From: a virus
Virus record (IMG/VR): IMGVR_UViG_3300036468_000001
Reading direction: 5' to 3' (one strand)
DNA: 53,621 nt
Shown here: one piece after another, positions 1 through 9,405 of the stretch
How the letters are laid out: each line of letters opens with the position of its first letter
How positions within the stretch are numbered: the stretch's first letter is position 1
Program-made: the position numbers and the translations under genes
The notes under the pieces: model-generated
What the model saw: the letters and a program-made list of their open reading frames with translations, nothing else
What the model was told of the DNA's origin: nothing
The model's database searches: none

Positions 1-1133
1 CGCTGCCGAAGGTGTTCAAGGTCTGCTTTCCGAATGTCGAGTATCACCTCGACAAGACGGATTGGGTGTTCCGTCTGCCGAACGGGTCGGAGATCTGGAT
101 CGGCGGTCTGGACGACAAGGACCGGGTAGAGAAGGTGCTGGGTCTGGAGTTCGCGACCATCTACCTGAACGAGTGCAGCCAGATCCCGTACTCGTCGCGC
201 AACATGGCGGTGACCCGTCTCGCGCAGCTCTGCACGCACAGCGTCGGCGGCGCGGAGAAAGAGCTGCGGCTCAAGATGATTTACGACTGCAACCCGCCGA
301 GCCAGGCGCACTGGACATTCCAGCTGTGGCACCGCGGCATTGATCCGGACTCGAAGCAGCCGATCGACGGGCAGCAGTACACCAAGATCCTGATGAACCC
401 GAAGGATAACGAGGAAAACCTCGCCAGCGGGTACATCGAGTCGCTCGAGAAGCTTCCGGCACGCATGCGGCTGCGCTTCCTTGAAGGCCAGTACGGCGAC
501 GTGACCGAGAACGCGCTCTGGAATATCGAGCGCATCGAACAGCAGCGCGTCGAGGAAGTGCCTGACATGCAGCGCATCGTGGTTGCGGTCGACCCGTCGG
601 GCGCCGATGACACGGACAACGAGGGCAACGATGAGATCGGCGTCTCGGTGTGTGGGCTCGGCGTGGATGGCAATGGCTACGTGCTGGAAGACCTGACACT
701 CAAGGCCGGCCCTGCGGGATGGGGCAAGGTGGCCGCAGCAGCGTACGACCGGCACGCAGCTGACATCGTGGTTGGCGAGACGAACTTCGGCGGCGCGATG
801 GTCAAGTTCGTGGTGCAGACGGCCAAGCCGGGCATCCCTTTCAAGATGGTCAACGCCAGCCGCGGCAAGGTCGTACGGGCTGAGCCGATCAGCGCACTCA
901 CAGAGCAGGGAAAGATCCGTTTCGTCGGGCGTTTCAACGAGCTCGAGGAAGAGCTGTGCGCGTTCACGACGACGGGCTACATCGGCGGCCGGTCACCGAA
1001 CCGGGCTGACGCGATGGTGTGGGCCATGACCGAACTGTTCCCCGGCATGACCAAGCCAGAGAAGAAGAAACGCGAGTTCAAGCGCGCGACTGTCCAGTTG
1101 GGCGGCGGCGGTAATGGATGGCTCGGCGTTTGA
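1..1133 (+). CDS. terL: terminase large subunit, C-terminal part (continues from 53284 across the window junction)
   Basis: The frame is continuous with 53284..53621 through the 127-bp duplicated end. The nuclease half has acidic motifs (VAVDPSG...). It follows terS and precedes the portal gene. Confidence 0.85.
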   Translation, partial: LPKVFKVCFPNVEYHLDKTDWVFRLPNGSEIWIGGLDDKDRVEKVLGLEFATIYLNECSQIPYSSRNMAVTRLAQLCTHSVGGAEKELRLKMIYDCNPPSQAHWTFQLWHRGIDPDSKQPIDGQQYTKILMNPKDNEENLASGYIESLEKLPARMRLRFLEGQYGDVTENALWNIERIEQQRVEEVPDMQRIVVAVDPSGADDTDNEGNDEIGVSVCGLGVDGNGYVLEDLTLKAGPAGWGKVAAAAYDRHAADIVVGETNFGGAMVKFVVQTAKPGIPFKMVNASRGKVVRAEPISALTEQGKIRFVGRFNELEEELCAFTTTGYIGGRSPNRADAMVWAMTELFPGMTKPEKKKREFKRATVQLGGGGNGWLGV

Positions 1134-1281
1134 GCAGTTCATTCCTTGGTACCGGCGGCGGCGTGGCGAATTCATCCGACGCCCAGCGGGTCCATAAGCA
1201 AGGATTCTCCTTCAATCAATGAGATATCGATCATTTCGTTTCTGGTCGCCGATTCTCGGCTGTCATGCGGAGCGTCTTTCC

Positions 1282-1428
1282 ATGTTCGACACAAGGGGCG
1301 GTGAGTTCTTCGTAGTGCTGCCATTGCGCGGCACGGCGAGACAGAACCGCATGGACAAGCAGAAGGCACTCGAGGCGATTGCGGATGCGATCGAGAGCGG
1401 CGGTCAACCTGGAGCGGTGAACGTATGA
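1282..1428 (+). CDS. hypothetical small protein
   Basis: ATG preceded by GGAG. Its stop overlaps the next start (ATGA at 1425). The ORF is short, so support is weak. Confidence 0.3.
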   Translation: MFDTRGGEFFVVLPLRGTARQNRMDKQKALEAIADAIESGGQPGAVNV

Positions 1429-1763
1429 AGACGGACGGTATTGAATTGCCCAGCGTAGGCGTCATGGGGGCGCGATTTGTCGACGGTATGCGCGAATGCT
1501 GGGCCTATGACGTCAACCAAGACACTCTCATTGCGAGATATGACACGGTGATCGATGGCACGCAGAGAGTTGTGTGGGCGCGGCCTTTCGTCTCTATGGG
1601 GACAGGGTTTGGCAATGGCGCGAAAGACACGCGTGGCCGAACTGTAAATGAGTGGCTCGATCAGGAGCGAGACGTCGCTAAGGCTGTTTTCGAAGCCGAC
1701 GAACGGGCTGCGCAAAAGAGTTCAGCTGAAGTTCGTCGACTGACGACGGTGCGGAATGGCTGA
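1425..1763 (+). CDS. hypothetical protein
   Basis: 112-aa ORF with moderate GC3. Its end overlaps the portal start at 1756. Confidence 0.5.
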   Translation: MKTDGIELPSVGVMGARFVDGMRECWAYDVNQDTLIARYDTVIDGTQRVVWARPFVSMGTGFGNGAKDTRGRTVNEWLDQERDVAKAVFEADERAAQKSSAEVRRLTTVRNG

Positions 1764-4008
1764 CAACGACGAAGGCCTAGGCCTCCCCTCCGACGTTCCG
1801 GGCTACAGCAAGAAGTACAGCCCGAACATGGATACGCCGCCGAACACCAAAGGCCCGGACAAGTCCGCCGCCGAGAAGCGCAAGGACACGCTCGCGCGTC
1901 AGAAGGAAGACCAGAAGGTTCTGGAGATCGCGCGCAAGCGCTTCAAGCGCTCGCAGGATGCCGAGTCGGAGAATCGCAAGGCGGCGCATGAGGACCTGAA
2001 GTTTCTCGCCGGCGACCAGTGGCCGGACGACGTTAAGCAGCAGCGCGCGAACGACAAGCGGCCATGCCTGACGATCAACGAGCTGCCGACGCTTGTCCAT
2101 CAGGTGAGCAACGACATCCGCCAGAACCGTCCGGACATCGCGATCAGCCCGGTGGGCGAGGTGTCGGACCGCGAAGGCGCCAAAGCATACGCCGGCATGA
2201 TCCGCGCGATCCAGCGTCAGTGCGAAGCCGACATTGCCTACGACACCGCGGTAACGAGCGCGGTCAATGTCGGGTTCGGTTACTGGCGGATCATCACCGA
2301 GTACGAGAACGAGAAGAGCCTGAACCAGGTCATTCGCGTTCAGCGCATCCGCAATGCGTTCCGTGTCTACCCCGATCCGGAGCGGCAGGAGCCGGACGGC
2401 AGCGACATGTCGTATTGCTTCGTGACGGACGTCATATCGCGCGAGGAATACAAGGACAAGTACCCCGGTGCCGACCAGCTTGGCTGGACCGAGAAGGCCC
2501 AAGGCGACGAGATGGCACTGTGGGTGCAGAAGGATTTCGTGCGCATTGCCGAGTACTGGACGCTCGAGCATGAGATGAAGCGTCTGGTGCAACTGTCGAA
2601 CGGCCACATCGGTTTCTGGGAAGACCTCGATCCGGACATCAAGAAGCAGGTTGAGTCGGGCGACGTCGAGATCCTGAAGGAGCGCGAGTCCGAGATCCAG
2701 AAGGTCGTGTTCCGTCGCATCACCGGTCTTCAGGTGCTCGAAAAGAAGGAGTGGCCGGGCCGCTGGATTCCGATCGTCGAGGTGGTGGGCGAGGAACTGG
2801 ACGTCTCCGGCAAGCTGGTTCGCAGCGGCATCATCCGCCACGCGAAAGACCCTCAGCGCATGCTGAACTACTGGAACACGGCCAAGACCGAGTTCATCGC
2901 GCTGGCGCCGAAGTCTCCGTGGGTGATGGCTGAAGGCCAGAAGGAAGGCCACGAGTTCGAGTGGGACAACGCCCACCAGAAAGCGATGGCGGTGCTGGAG
3001 TACACGCCGGTGGAAATGCCCGGTGGAGCGCTTGCGCCGCCGCCGCAGCGTCAGCCGATGGCGGGCGTGCCACAAGGCGTGGTCGAGGCCGAGCAGACCG
3101 CGCAGCAGCACATTCTGGCCACGACCGGCGTCCGCTACAACGCCACTGCGCAGGACCGGCTCTACGACGAGTCAGGCAAGGCGCTGCATGAAATCCGGCG
3201 CAACACTGACGTCGGCTCGTTCCACTTCATGGACAACTTCTGCCGGTCGCTGCGTCACACCGGCCGCATCTTCGTCGACCTGATCCCGAAGGTGTACGAC
3301 GTGCGCCGCGTGGTGACGATCCTGCGCGAGGACGATACCGAAGAGCAGGTGACGCTTGATCCGGAAATGGGCAAGCCGTTCATGTCGAACCAGAACGCGA
3401 AGAGCAAGGTCGCGCGAAAGATCTTCGATCCGACGATCGGCGAGTACGGCGTCACTGTGACGACGGGCCCGAGCTACGCGACGAAGCGTGTCGAGGCGGT
3501 CGAACAGCTCATGCGGTTCGCACAGGCGCTGCCGCAGCAGGGCGCGCTGATTGCCCACCTGATTGCCAAGTACAGCGACTGGCCGGGCGCCGACGAAGCA
3601 TACCGGCTGTTGCAGAAGGCACTCCCGCCGAATCTCCAGGCTCCGGATATGAAGGACGTGCCGCCGCAGGCCGCTGCGATGATCCAGTCGTTGATGAGCA
3701 ACGTCCGGCAGTTGACGGTCGAGCGCATGCAGATGCTCAAGGATCTCACCGACCAGCGCGCCGACCGTGCGCTGAAGGCGACGAAGATCCAGACCGACTA
3801 CGACGCCAAGCTGCTGAAGATCTTCACCGACGCGCGTACCAAGCTGATCCAGGTCGGCGCGGCAGACGTGCGTCACGTGCGGGAGATGGAAGTGACTGCG
3901 CTGCCAGACGCGGCTTCGACGGGCGGCACAGCAGACGGCGCGCCGCAGTTCCCCAACAACCCCGCTGCATTGCCAGTGAGCGCAGTGCAGCAACCTCTTT
4001 CGCAGTAA
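1756..4008 (+). CDS. portal protein
   Basis: 750 aa, located after terL. The N-terminal segment DLKFLAGDQWPDDVKQQRANDKRPCLTINELP is typical of podophage portal proteins. Confidence 0.85.
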   Translation: MADNDEGLGLPSDVPGYSKKYSPNMDTPPNTKGPDKSAAEKRKDTLARQKEDQKVLEIARKRFKRSQDAESENRKAAHEDLKFLAGDQWPDDVKQQRANDKRPCLTINELPTLVHQVSNDIRQNRPDIAISPVGEVSDREGAKAYAGMIRAIQRQCEADIAYDTAVTSAVNVGFGYWRIITEYENEKSLNQVIRVQRIRNAFRVYPDPERQEPDGSDMSYCFVTDVISREEYKDKYPGADQLGWTEKAQGDEMALWVQKDFVRIAEYWTLEHEMKRLVQLSNGHIGFWEDLDPDIKKQVESGDVEILKERESEIQKVVFRRITGLQVLEKKEWPGRWIPIVEVVGEELDVSGKLVRSGIIRHAKDPQRMLNYWNTAKTEFIALAPKSPWVMAEGQKEGHEFEWDNAHQKAMAVLEYTPVEMPGGALAPPPQRQPMAGVPQGVVEAEQTAQQHILATTGVRYNATAQDRLYDESGKALHEIRRNTDVGSFHFMDNFCRSLRHTGRIFVDLIPKVYDVRRVVTILREDDTEEQVTLDPEMGKPFMSNQNAKSKVARKIFDPTIGEYGVTVTTGPSYATKRVEAVEQLMRFAQALPQQGALIAHLIAKYSDWPGADEAYRLLQKALPPNLQAPDMKDVPPQAAAMIQSLMSNVRQLTVERMQMLKDLTDQRADRALKATKIQTDYDAKLLKIFTDARTKLIQVGAADVRHVREMEVTALPDAASTGGTADGAPQFPNNPAALPVSAVQQPLSQ

Positions 4009-4040
4009 CCGAGGCCGGGACGGTAATACCCGGAAACCCC

Positions 4041-4087
4041 AATAGGTCATGGCAACCGCATCGGCAATGCGGTTGAGCTTCCTATTG
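4041..4087 (+). promoter_or_regulatory. compound stem-loop between the portal and scaffold genes
   Basis: A 9-bp stem CAACCGCAT/ATGCGGTTG is flanked by AATAGG/CCTATT. There is no T-tract, so this is not a classical terminator. Confidence 0.3.
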
Positions 4088-4100
4088 TCTGGAGAGCCAA

Positions 4101-5030
4101 ATGAGTGATGTTCAAGCAGGAGAAGGAACTGGTGATGCAGGTTCGGCTGGCGGTGAATCTACCGAGCTGCCTAACACGGAGGTAACCAGTACGGGTGCTG
4201 ACCAAGGTGGTGAAGGTGGTCAGGGTGGTGAAGCAACTGGTGGCGAATCGACCGGTGAAGCTGGCGGCGAGGGTGGGAAGGGAGGCGCATCAACCCCCGA
4301 GCCGAAAGAGGACGACGTCAACAAGCGCTTCAGCAAGGTCACGCGCGAGCGCGACGAAGCAACGCGGCGCGAGCGTGAGGCGAACGAGAACCTCAGGCGA
4401 GCACTTGAAGCGCTGGAGCGCGCAAACGGCGGCAAGAAGCCGGAAGCGACTCCGACACCTACGCCGCCGGCAGACGACATTGGCGAGGAACCGGAACCGC
4501 CGGAGTTCATCGATCCCGAGCAGTACCAGCGGGATATGGCGGAGTACACGCGCAAGGTCACCGATCGCACGGTGAAGTTGCAGTTGCGTACCGAGCGGGC
4601 GAATCAGGAACGCGAAGCGGCAGAGCGGGCGAATCAGGAAAAGATGCAGGCCCACGCGCGCACGTGGAACGAGCGTCGAACCAAAGCGCTCGACGAAATG
4701 CCCGATTACGCCGAAGTCGCCGAGAACCCCGCGCTGCATGTCACCGACACGATGGCGATTGCCATCACGTCAAGCGAGCACGGCCCGAAGATCGCCTACC
4801 ACCTCGGCCAGCACCCGGATGTTGCAGAACGCATTGCAAAACTGCCCAACGCTTTGCAGTTGATGGAGATGGGCAAGCTCGAAGTGCAGATCACCGCACC
4901 CAAACTTCCCAAGGTCTCCAAGACGCCGGAGCCGATCAAGGTCACGACCGGCACGGGCGAGCCGCAAGCCAAATCCGACGACGAACTGTCGATGGAAGAG
5001 TACGCGGCCAAGCGAAGCAAACGTCATTAA
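4101..5030 (+). CDS. scaffolding protein
   Basis: Lies between portal and coat. It has an acidic Gly/Glu-rich N-terminus and charged coiled-coil-like repeats (ERANQEREAAERANQEK). Confidence 0.7.
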   Translation: MSDVQAGEGTGDAGSAGGESTELPNTEVTSTGADQGGEGGQGGEATGGESTGEAGGEGGKGGASTPEPKEDDVNKRFSKVTRERDEATRREREANENLRRALEALERANGGKKPEATPTPTPPADDIGEEPEPPEFIDPEQYQRDMAEYTRKVTDRTVKLQLRTERANQEREAAERANQEKMQAHARTWNERRTKALDEMPDYAEVAENPALHVTDTMAIAITSSEHGPKIAYHLGQHPDVAERIAKLPNALQLMEMGKLEVQITAPKLPKVSKTPEPIKVTTGTGEPQAKSDDELSMEEYAAKRSKRH

Positions 5031-5052
5031 CCTGCGGCCAATGAATCACCCA

Positions 5053-5084
5053 AGCCCCGCCACTAAGCGGGGCTTTTCATTTCT
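5053..5084 (+). terminator. rho-independent terminator
   Basis: Hairpin AGCCCCGC-CACTAA-GCGGGGCT followed by TTTTCATTT. Confidence 0.6.
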
Positions 5085-5111
5085 ACGGCCGCGATACAGG
5101 AGCTTTGAATC

Positions 5112-6299
5112 ATGAGTAACAACACGCTGCTGACTCCGAGCATCATTTCGAAAGAAACGCTCGTGATCCTCAGTAACAACCTTGTCGCGGCCGGCAAGGT
5201 CAATCGCCAGTTTGAAAACCAGTTCGTCAAGATCGGCACGACGCTGACGATCCGCAAGCCGAACCGCTACGTTGTCTCGAGCGGCCCGGGTTTGCAGATC
5301 CAGAACTCGGTCGAACCTTCGACGAGCATCACCATCAGCAACCAGCGCCACGTAGACATCGAGTTCAGCTCGCAGGAACTGACGCTCGTGATCGAAGAGT
5401 TCAGCGAACGCTATCTGAAGCCGGCGGCCGAGCCGATCTGCAACCAGATCGACTACGACGTGATCAGCAACTGGACGTCAGTGTTCAACGAAGTCGGCAC
5501 GCCCGGTACGGTGCCGAGCACGTTTGCCACCGGTATCCAGCCGGTCGGCCAGGCGATGGACACTCAGGCGGTGCCGCAGGATGGCCGCGTGATGGTCCTC
5601 GGACCGACGGCGTACTGGTCGCTCGCTGCCGGCCTCATCAGCCTGTACGTGCAATCGGTGTCGGAACCGGCGTTGAAGGGTTATCTGGCCCGCATCGGTA
5701 ACTTCGAGATCTACCAGGACCAGAACATCCAGACGCAGACGGTCGGCGCGTATGCCGGCACGCCGGTGGTCAACGGTGCGGGTCAGACCGGCTCGTCGCT
5801 GGTCACGAACGGCTGGACGGCATCGATCGCCAACCTGCTGAACGTGGGCGACGTGTTCACGATCGCGGGCGTCTATGCGGTGAACCCGCAAAACCGCCAA
5901 TCGACGGGTGCACTGCAGAAGTTCGTTGTCACGTCCGCAGCCAGCTCGAACGGTTCCGGCGCGTCGACGATTTCGATCTACCCGGCGATCACCACCAGTG
6001 GCGCGTATCAGACGGTGACGAACTCGCCGGCCAACAGCGCGTCGATCTCGGTTCTCGGCACCGCAAGCACGCAGTATCAGCAGAACCTCGCGTTCGTGAA
6101 GGATGCGTTCGGTCTCGTGACTGTTCCGATGGAATTGCCCGATGGCGTCGACTTCAAGGCACGTCAGGAATACAAGGGCATCTCGATCCGGATCATCCGC
6201 GCGTACGACGTGAACAACGACGTGCTGCCGTGCCGGCTTGACGTGCTGTACGGGACTGCGACGTACTACCCCGAGCTCGCCGTCCGTCTCACGAACTGA
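5112..6299 (+). CDS. major capsid protein
   Basis: 395 aa, immediately after the scaffold gene and followed by a strong terminator. Size and position match P22-type coat proteins. Confidence 0.8.
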   Translation: MSNNTLLTPSIISKETLVILSNNLVAAGKVNRQFENQFVKIGTTLTIRKPNRYVVSSGPGLQIQNSVEPSTSITISNQRHVDIEFSSQELTLVIEEFSERYLKPAAEPICNQIDYDVISNWTSVFNEVGTPGTVPSTFATGIQPVGQAMDTQAVPQDGRVMVLGPTAYWSLAAGLISLYVQSVSEPALKGYLARIGNFEIYQDQNIQTQTVGAYAGTPVVNGAGQTGSSLVTNGWTASIANLLNVGDVFTIAGVYAVNPQNRQSTGALQKFVVTSAASSNGSGASTISIYPAITTSGAYQTVTNSPANSASISVLGTASTQYQQNLAFVKDAFGLVTVPMELPDGVDFKARQEYKGISIRIIRAYDVNNDVLPCRLDVLYGTATYYPELAVRLTN

Positions 6300-6322
6300 T
6301 CCTGCATCTCAACTGACTCAGG

Positions 6323-6350
6323 CCCCGCCACGTGCGGGGTTTTCTTTTTT
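6323..6350 (+). terminator. rho-independent terminator
   Basis: Hairpin CCCCGC-CACGT-GCGGGG followed by TTTTCTTTTTT. Confidence 0.7.
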
Positions 6351-6362
6351 CAGGAGCAAATC

Positions 6363-6635
6363 ATGTCTTTTGGTGATGATCGCCCACGGCAACTCAGTGA
6401 CCAGAACTCGCTGGGAACCATTCTCGGCGCAGGCCCGACCGATCCGATCGGTTTCTTTGGCATCAACCCCGGTGTTCCGCAGGCGACCCCGACAGGCGTT
6501 AGCACGGGTTTTACGGCCGGTAGTGGCACGACGGCAACGTCGACGTCGACCTTCACCGGTGGCATTGGCACCACGGCGTACACCGTGGGAGACATTGTCG
6601 CCATCCTGAAGACGCTCGGTCTTCTCAAGTCGTAA
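6363..6635 (+). CDS. hypothetical virion-module protein (Gly/Thr-rich)
   Basis: AGGAG RBS, 90 aa, located after the coat gene. Confidence 0.6.
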   Translation: MSFGDDRPRQLSDQNSLGTILGAGPTDPIGFFGINPGVPQATPTGVSTGFTAGSGTTATSTSTFTGGIGTTAYTVGDIVAILKTLGLLKS

Positions 6636-6647
6636 GGAGCGAGATCA

Positions 6648-6869
6648 ATGGCATATCAATACCCGCTCGGTGGCCCTGGCTATCAGTACATGATCGGCCC
6701 CGCTGATGGTTCGGGGACATTCGAGGGGCCGCCCGTGACCATTGTGTCGGTAACGGCCATCTCGGAGGCAAATCTGGAGAGCATCGCTTCGCTGCTCGCT
6801 GGAGGGACGCCTCCTACGGGGTGGCAGATCCAAGCCGACAACCCGCCGGTCACGACGAAGACGTACTGA
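6648..6869 (+). CDS. hypothetical protein
   Basis: AAGGAG RBS 7 nt upstream of the ATG. 73 aa. Confidence 0.55.
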   Translation: MAYQYPLGGPGYQYMIGPADGSGTFEGPPVTIVSVTAISEANLESIASLLAGGTPPTGWQIQADNPPVTTKTY

Positions 6870-6905
6870 TCTTTTCATTTCTCCCCTGCGGTGACCCATA
6901 CCGCA

Positions 6906-6935
6906 CCCGGCCGGCTCGCTACCGGTCGGGTTTTT
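6906..6935 (+). terminator. rho-independent terminator
   Basis: 9-bp stem CCCGGCCGG/CCGGTCGGG (one G-U pair) with a 7-nt loop, followed by TTTTT. Confidence 0.6.
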
Positions 6936-6944
6936 GGAGCACAC

Positions 6945-7247
6945 ATGAACATTCGAATGATGAACGACCGCATTGCGGTTCGGGAGAACAAGCCAGACGT
7001 CGTGTCCGCCGGCGGCATTTACATCGGCGAACAGATTGACGATGGGTTGGTGAAGGAAATCGTGTCCGGGACGGTGCTCGCGGTTGGCCCGGGTGCGCGT
7101 TTGCCGAATGGCGCACGCGACACGATGTGGGGTCTCCAGCCGGGACAGACCGTACGTTTCTCGCCCGTGATGTCGCACAAGGAAGTGATCGACGGCGAGG
7201 AGATTCGGATCATCCGCCGCGACTCGGTGGTCGGGGTACTGGAATGA
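6945..7247 (+). CDS. GroES-like co-chaperonin (Cpn10 family)
   Basis: MNIRMMNDRIAV...SAGGI...GTVLAVGPG...DSVVGVLE lines up with E. coli GroES MNIRPLHDRVIV...SAGGI...GEVLAVGNG...DILAIVE. GGAG RBS. Confidence 0.8.
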   Translation: MNIRMMNDRIAVRENKPDVVSAGGIYIGEQIDDGLVKEIVSGTVLAVGPGARLPNGARDTMWGLQPGQTVRFSPVMSHKEVIDGEEIRIIRRDSVVGVLE

Positions 7248-7627
7248 AGTATCTCTTCGGCCCTCTCATGCCCATGCCGATTTATCTGGCGCTGTTTGTT
7301 GATGCGGAATCGTACTTTCGGGAAACGCGTCGATTGAAGATCAAGGGAGCGGATGAATTCGTCTCCCGCGATGCCAATGCCTGCTGCCACTTCTTCGAAA
7401 ACGACAAGAACGGCAGTACGACGGTGATGGTCTGCGTTGATCTCGAGAAGATGAAAGAAAAATCTCCGATCGAGGTGGCTTGCAAGATCGTCCACGAAGC
7501 GGTCCATGTGTATCAGGAGTGCATGGAATACATCGGCGAGAAGAACCCCGGGAGGGAGTTCGAGGCGTATTCGATCCAGCACATCAGCGAGCAGCTGATG
7601 AAGTCCTACGTGGAGCAGACAGCATGA
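7244..7627 (+). CDS. hypothetical protein with an HExxH motif (possible metallopeptidase-like)
   Basis: ATGA overlap with the GroES-like stop. Contains the motif KIVHEAVHVYQE. Confidence 0.55.
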   Translation: MKYLFGPLMPMPIYLALFVDAESYFRETRRLKIKGADEFVSRDANACCHFFENDKNGSTTVMVCVDLEKMKEKSPIEVACKIVHEAVHVYQECMEYIGEKNPGREFEAYSIQHISEQLMKSYVEQTA

Positions 7628-7821
7628 AAGAGCCCGTGACGCTTTATCAGGTCCATGTGACCGACACCGATGCTGGCCATGACGTACCGATCGGGCCGGC
7701 AATGGATAGCGCTGAGCCGCTTCACGATTTCGCTGCCGCAACCAATCTCGCGATCCTCAAAGGGAAGATCCACGGCTGGAAGGATGCCCGGGTCGTCTCG
7801 TTCGTCAAACAGACACACTAG
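7624..7821 (+). CDS. hypothetical protein
   Basis: ATGA overlap with the previous gene. 65 aa. Confidence 0.5.
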   Translation: MKEPVTLYQVHVTDTDAGHDVPIGPAMDSAEPLHDFAAATNLAILKGKIHGWKDARVVSFVKQTH

Positions 7822-7830
7822 GAGAGAGCC

Positions 7831-8343
7831 ATGACCTTTCAACAGTACCCGCTCGCCATGAAGCACCCGCAGTACCGGCCCGCCGTCATTTCCAAAGACA
7901 CGATCAACCGCGACGGTTCGATCACGAAGGCGCCGCCTGGCTCGCCGGTGCGATTCCCGGATGTGTTCGTGCACAACGAGGAACAGGAGAAGCAGTACGC
8001 GGCTCTTGGCTATCTGCCCGGCGGCGTGTCGGACCCGGAGGAATATCACCGCGCGATGACCGGCAACGAAGAGCCGTCGGATCACAAGCACCACGAGTAC
8101 CCGCGTTGGATGTATCAGGCCGACGGCGGCGGCGATCTGAGCGTGACGGTGAACTTCGAAGTCGTTCAGGTGCGCGGCGTGCTCGTGAACAGCGAGCAGG
8201 AACGCAAGCAACTCCGCGGCGAATGGCACGAGTTGCCGTCCCAAGCCGCAGAGGCCGCACTTTCGGATGATCCCAAGAGCGAAGAAGCGGCAGCGGCGCC
8301 GGCGCCGAAGAAAGCCAGCCAGCCGCGTAAAGAGGCTGTGTAA
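7831..8343 (+). CDS. hypothetical protein
   Basis: GGAGAG RBS, 170 aa, located in the head-completion region. Confidence 0.6.
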   Translation: MTFQQYPLAMKHPQYRPAVISKDTINRDGSITKAPPGSPVRFPDVFVHNEEQEKQYAALGYLPGGVSDPEEYHRAMTGNEEPSDHKHHEYPRWMYQADGGGDLSVTVNFEVVQVRGVLVNSEQERKQLRGEWHELPSQAAEAALSDDPKSEEAAAAPAPKKASQPRKEAV

Positions 8344-9092
8344 TGTCCACCGCCAACGCTCTCATTCTGGCCGCGTACCAGAAGATCGGTTACTACGCGC
8401 CGAATGAGACGATGACGGCGGCGGATTCGTCGCTCGGCATGCAGCAACTGACGATGATGCTGGACTCATGGAGCAACCAGCCTCAAGCGTGCTTCGCGAT
8501 CACCGAAAACAGCTTCCTGCTGGTGCCCGGCCAGTCTCAGTACAGCATTGGCACATCGGGGGGCGCCAACGTCGTTGCGACGCGCCCGATCCGGATCATG
8601 GAAGGGCCGGGCGCCGCCTACTGTCAGGACGTGAACGGCAACAATTTCTCGGTCGAAGTCGTGACGCGCGAGAAGTGGAACCAGATTGGCAACCGCTCGT
8701 CGCTGACGAGCTCGAACCTGCCGGACACGCTGTTCTATGACCCGCAGATGCCGCTGGGTCTCATCAACCTGTGGCCACAGCCGAACTCGGCTGGATACAC
8801 GTTGTTCTTCGACTCGTATCTCCAGCTTGCCGATCCGGCTTCGCTGGTCGCACCGTTCACCCTTCCGCCGGGCTATGAGAAGGCAATCCAGGACAACCTG
8901 GCCGTCGAACTCTGGCCGTTCTGCTTTACCAGCAAGCCGCTCCCTCCGTTCATCAAGGAAGCCGCGCGCGCGTCCCTGATGACTGTGAAGCGCGCGAATA
9001 AGCGCAATAACCTCGCGCAGTTCGACAAGGAACTGAATCCGCGTGGGCAGGCCGTCTACAACCCGTACACGGATTCGTATCGTTCAACCTGA
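8343..9092 (+). CDS. putative head-to-tail adaptor / tail tubular protein A-like
   Basis: 249 aa with TAATG coupling. The function is inferred only from its position before the gp10-like hub gene. Confidence 0.5.
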   Translation: MSTANALILAAYQKIGYYAPNETMTAADSSLGMQQLTMMLDSWSNQPQACFAITENSFLLVPGQSQYSIGTSGGANVVATRPIRIMEGPGAAYCQDVNGNNFSVEVVTREKWNQIGNRSSLTSSNLPDTLFYDPQMPLGLINLWPQPNSAGYTLFFDSYLQLADPASLVAPFTLPPGYEKAIQDNLAVELWPFCFTSKPLPPFIKEAARASLMTVKRANKRNNLAQFDKELNPRGQAVYNPYTDSYRST

Positions 9093-9102
9093 CAGGTGCG
9101 AC

Positions 9103-9405
9103 ATGAAGAAAACCCCGATGCAGATGAGAAGTGCGGCGAAGAAGGAAGTGAAGTCCGACGCGCGACCGAAGATCGACAAGAAGTCGCAACACCCGGCCTC
9201 CGCAATGGAGCGCTATGCGCAGGAGCGCGCGCAGAAGATGAAGAACATGAAGACGCCGCCTATGGTGACCGTGCTTCACGATCCGGATAGTGACGTGCAC
9301 ACACTGACGCGCGCCGCGGAGATCCGCCGCAATCCGGCGCGTCATAAGGCCGCCAAGACCGTGGCGAAGCAGCGCCTGAAAGATCTGGCCGACGTCGCCG
9401 AATGA
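9103..9405 (+). CDS. hypothetical basic protein
   Basis: 100-aa Lys/Arg-rich ORF. Its stop overlaps the next start. Confidence 0.5.
   Translation: MKKTPMQMRSAAKKEVKSDARPKIDKKSQHPASAMERYAQERAQKMKNMKTPPMVTVLHDPDSDVHTLTRAAEIRRNPARHKAAKTVAKQRLKDLADVAE

Noticed and set aside
1777-3111. A 444-aa ORF antisense to the portal gene. Similar long antisense ORFs lie at 13594-14970, 15915-17093, 36964-38607 and 45474-46652.
   Set aside because: These are typical shadow ORFs of high-GC DNA. Their Arg/Leu/Ala/His-rich translations have no recognisable motifs, and each fully overlaps a well-supported gene on the other strand (portal, ejection proteins, exonuclease, DnaB).
4130-4300. Repetitive GGT/GAA-rich nucleotide stretch at the 5' end of the scaffold gene. 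I considered it as a possible tandem repeat or CRISPR-like element.
   Set aside because: It is an imperfect low-complexity coding repeat (GGEGGQGGEATGGESTGEAGGEGGKGG). It has no spacer/repeat architecture and lies in frame within a clear gene.
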